NCBI GenBank assembly: GCA_965202585.1
Contig: OZ241834.1
Span: 35,340,001 to 35,404,000, forward strand
Source: Thalia democratica
Lineage: Eukaryota
DNA length: 64,000 bases
Direction of reading: 5' to 3'
The notes under the pieces are model-generated. The model was not told where the DNA came from. It ran no database searches and saw only the letters and a program-made list of their open reading frames with translations. Both the position numbers and the translations under genes were made by a program. Below, piece by piece: positions 61,453 to 64,000 of this stretch. How positions within the stretch are numbered: position 1 is the stretch's first letter; the number at the start of each line of letters is the position of its first letter.

Positions 61453-64000
61453 CATACTATACTATTTATAACATACATACTATTATCACTTCAAATAACA
61501 TAAAAATAAATTAATAAACGTAAAAACAATGTTTAAATAGAAGAACTGATTGTTTTCTAGAACTAACTTTAAAATATCGATATAAACCCTGTATAATGTT
61601 AAGTAGAATTTATTTTTAAAGTTTAATACGTTATCTTAATAATAAAGCAATTAAAATAAAACTGAAAATTCTTTAATAAAAGTAAGTTATAGAAAATAAA
61701 ATTTTTTGTTTTAAGAGGAAAAATTACTTCTGCAAAAAATTTTGACAGTTTTATGATAAGTTTCTGGATTATACTAACAAATACTTTTTTTGAAAAATAT
61801 TTTTAGTTCAAAGCTGATAGTAAATAAGTATAAAACATAAAAAAAAGTACTACTTTCTATAAAAAGTAGGATATAAAAAGTTTTTGAATTTTAAAAGGAT
61901 AATATTAATTTTTAGTTTAAAAAATATTTTTTTTACAAATATCTCAGTTCTTTAGCTTTACTTTAATATACAACGCTTCTAGTAAACTAGTTGTAGAAAT
62001 TCAAAATTAAATTTAAGTAAATTGAGATTTTATCCATTTAACAAAATTTGTGTTTTTACGACTAACTTTAACTAAAATTTTTAACATGATAAAATAATCT
62101 TTGTCTTTTATTAGTAAAATAGTTTATCTCAAGAGTACTCGTTTCTAATGTGGAAATTTTTCATTTAGCAAAAAAAAAAAAAATGCATCCATCAATTTTT
62201 ACTGCGCTATCTCAACTTTCTTTATTTTTAGTTTGAACTTTTGGAAATTAGTGGTTAATGGCAAAATTAAAAAAAAATTATACAAAAAATTAACACTGCA
62301 GGTATTTAAATAAAGTACTTATTAGTATTTTAAGAAAAATGAAGTCTTATATGGACGTGAACAAACATTAATTTTCTCTAGGCCTTTATCATAATTTAGC
62401 TATTAACTATTTTAATATCTGTTTACTTAAACTTGTTACAATAAAAAATCATTCAGTGTCTTTTCCATATTTTAAGACTTTGGTAATTTCAAGATTTATA
62501 AAAAAGCCATTTACTCAACACTTAAAAACTACTTGTTTGATTGTAAACAAAAAAATTCCTTTCAGCAAGTATTACTTATTTGGTATTGTTGTAACATTCG
62601 CAACTGAAAAGAACTAATATTAACAACCAATCCCTAGTAATTATAATACAAGCTTTAGTAGGTATATTCTATAAGAAAAGCGGCTTGATTTAGTTTTAAT
62701 TGTTTTTAACCTTATTAAATCCCGGAAATAATTTTTACCTCTGTAACGATATTCCAAGTTTCACTTGAAAACCGTTATATTTTTAAGAGAAAATTAAGAG
62801 TTATAGCACTTCCAATTCTTGCCCGGTCAAAGTCTGATGAAAATAAGTGAGAAAGAGAATAAAGAGAATGAAAGCGCATTTCTCTTTTATAAAACTGCAT
62901 GATTCAACGATTTAATGTTTTTGGTCACAAGCTAATAAGGTGATATGAGAAACTGAGCTGTGTTGACAGAACCGCCAGGAGCTGCATAGACTGTTTACAA
63001 GAAAGACACTTAAATATTGGTATTGAGTTGTTTTATAATAGTTTAGTATATATATTTATAATTGCATTTGTTAAATTTAAAGATTGTTATTTATAGAAAG
63101 TATTGTAATTCTCTTATTGTACATTTTATAGCTCTTTTGATTTTCAACAAGTGATTTACTTAAAGCATTTTTTACAGTTCATAGTATAAAGCATTTTTTA
63201 CATAAGTAACATACTTTTATAGTTCTTGAAGTTTTTAACACTTAGTTTTGTACTTAATTTTGAGTATTTCCTAAAATACTATTTAGTTTTTTATAGTGGT
63301 TAATATACGGTATTTTATTACAAAATTTACATATTTATAGTTCTTGTAATTTTAATAATTGATTTGTATTCATTGAAATTCGTTTAATAGAGAAAACCAC
63401 TCAATTGTTGTGCCTGGTTATTTATAGTAGTAATCATATCTAGTAATACTTAGTCTAGGGTAAAGTTATAATTATGTCTAATCCCAATAGTAAAGTCACA
63501 CTCAGATTACATCCCAAGAGTAAACGTTCTAGAGTGAATGTTTGGTCACCAACACCCGTTGGTTTCACATCAAAAAATGTTATGCTCTGACCGTAATTGT
63601 TTCTGTAAGTTTCCATTTTTTTACTTTAAAAGACGTATATACTAAATATATGCTTAAATCTGACCATGCACAGTCAATGCTTGTTTGTGATACTACCCAA
63701 GCATCAAGTAAATAAAAAAATCACCGTTAGCTTAATTATTTTATCTAAACTTTCAAAAACAATTTTATGAATTTTAAAACAAAATTTTTAAGGATCAATA
63801 AAAATAAATAAAATCTAATTACTTTTAAAAACATACTTTGAACGAATCTATGACTTAATAAACTTTATTTTATACAGATTAAGCTAAATTATGAATACCT
63901 ACTAGTTGGGTTTGAAAAAATTATTTTATGACTATAATAAAAAGCATATATCTTTTTTATTAAGGTTTAAATAATTAGTCATAAGTTATACAAAAATGAC

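Overview
AT-rich, intron-rich eukaryotic (animal-like) genomic DNA containing two divergently oriented genes; the organism cannot be identified from the sequence alone. (1) A minus-strand SEC24 (COPII cargo adaptor, SEC24A/B-like) gene. I traced 20 in-frame exons from ATG 38319 down to 5445 (about 1,138 codons); the terminal exon was not found in the window. (2) A plus-strand 4-exon HP1-like gene (48454-51796, about 502 aa) with a divergent chromodomain, a very long Ser/Lys-rich hinge, a chromoshadow domain and an acidic tail. The most striking feature is a set of 'exon-echo' arrays. At least 10 SEC24 exons (and one HP1-like exon) are flanked by tandem copies of their own splice junction (exon tail plus donor, or acceptor plus exon head), from 1 to about 39 copies each. 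The copies generally decay with distance from the live exon, keep their GT/AG signals, and differ from the live exon mainly at synonymous positions. In the two largest arrays each unit reads as a 50-53 nt GT-AG intron plus an in-frame micro-exon. Also present: several MITEs (one family with 6-bp target-site duplications, one hAT-type with an 8-bp TSD), a pre-miRNA-sized intronic hairpin, and a pair of ~1.1 kb inverted repeats bracketing the HP1-like gene. All coordinates, translations and counts were done by hand.
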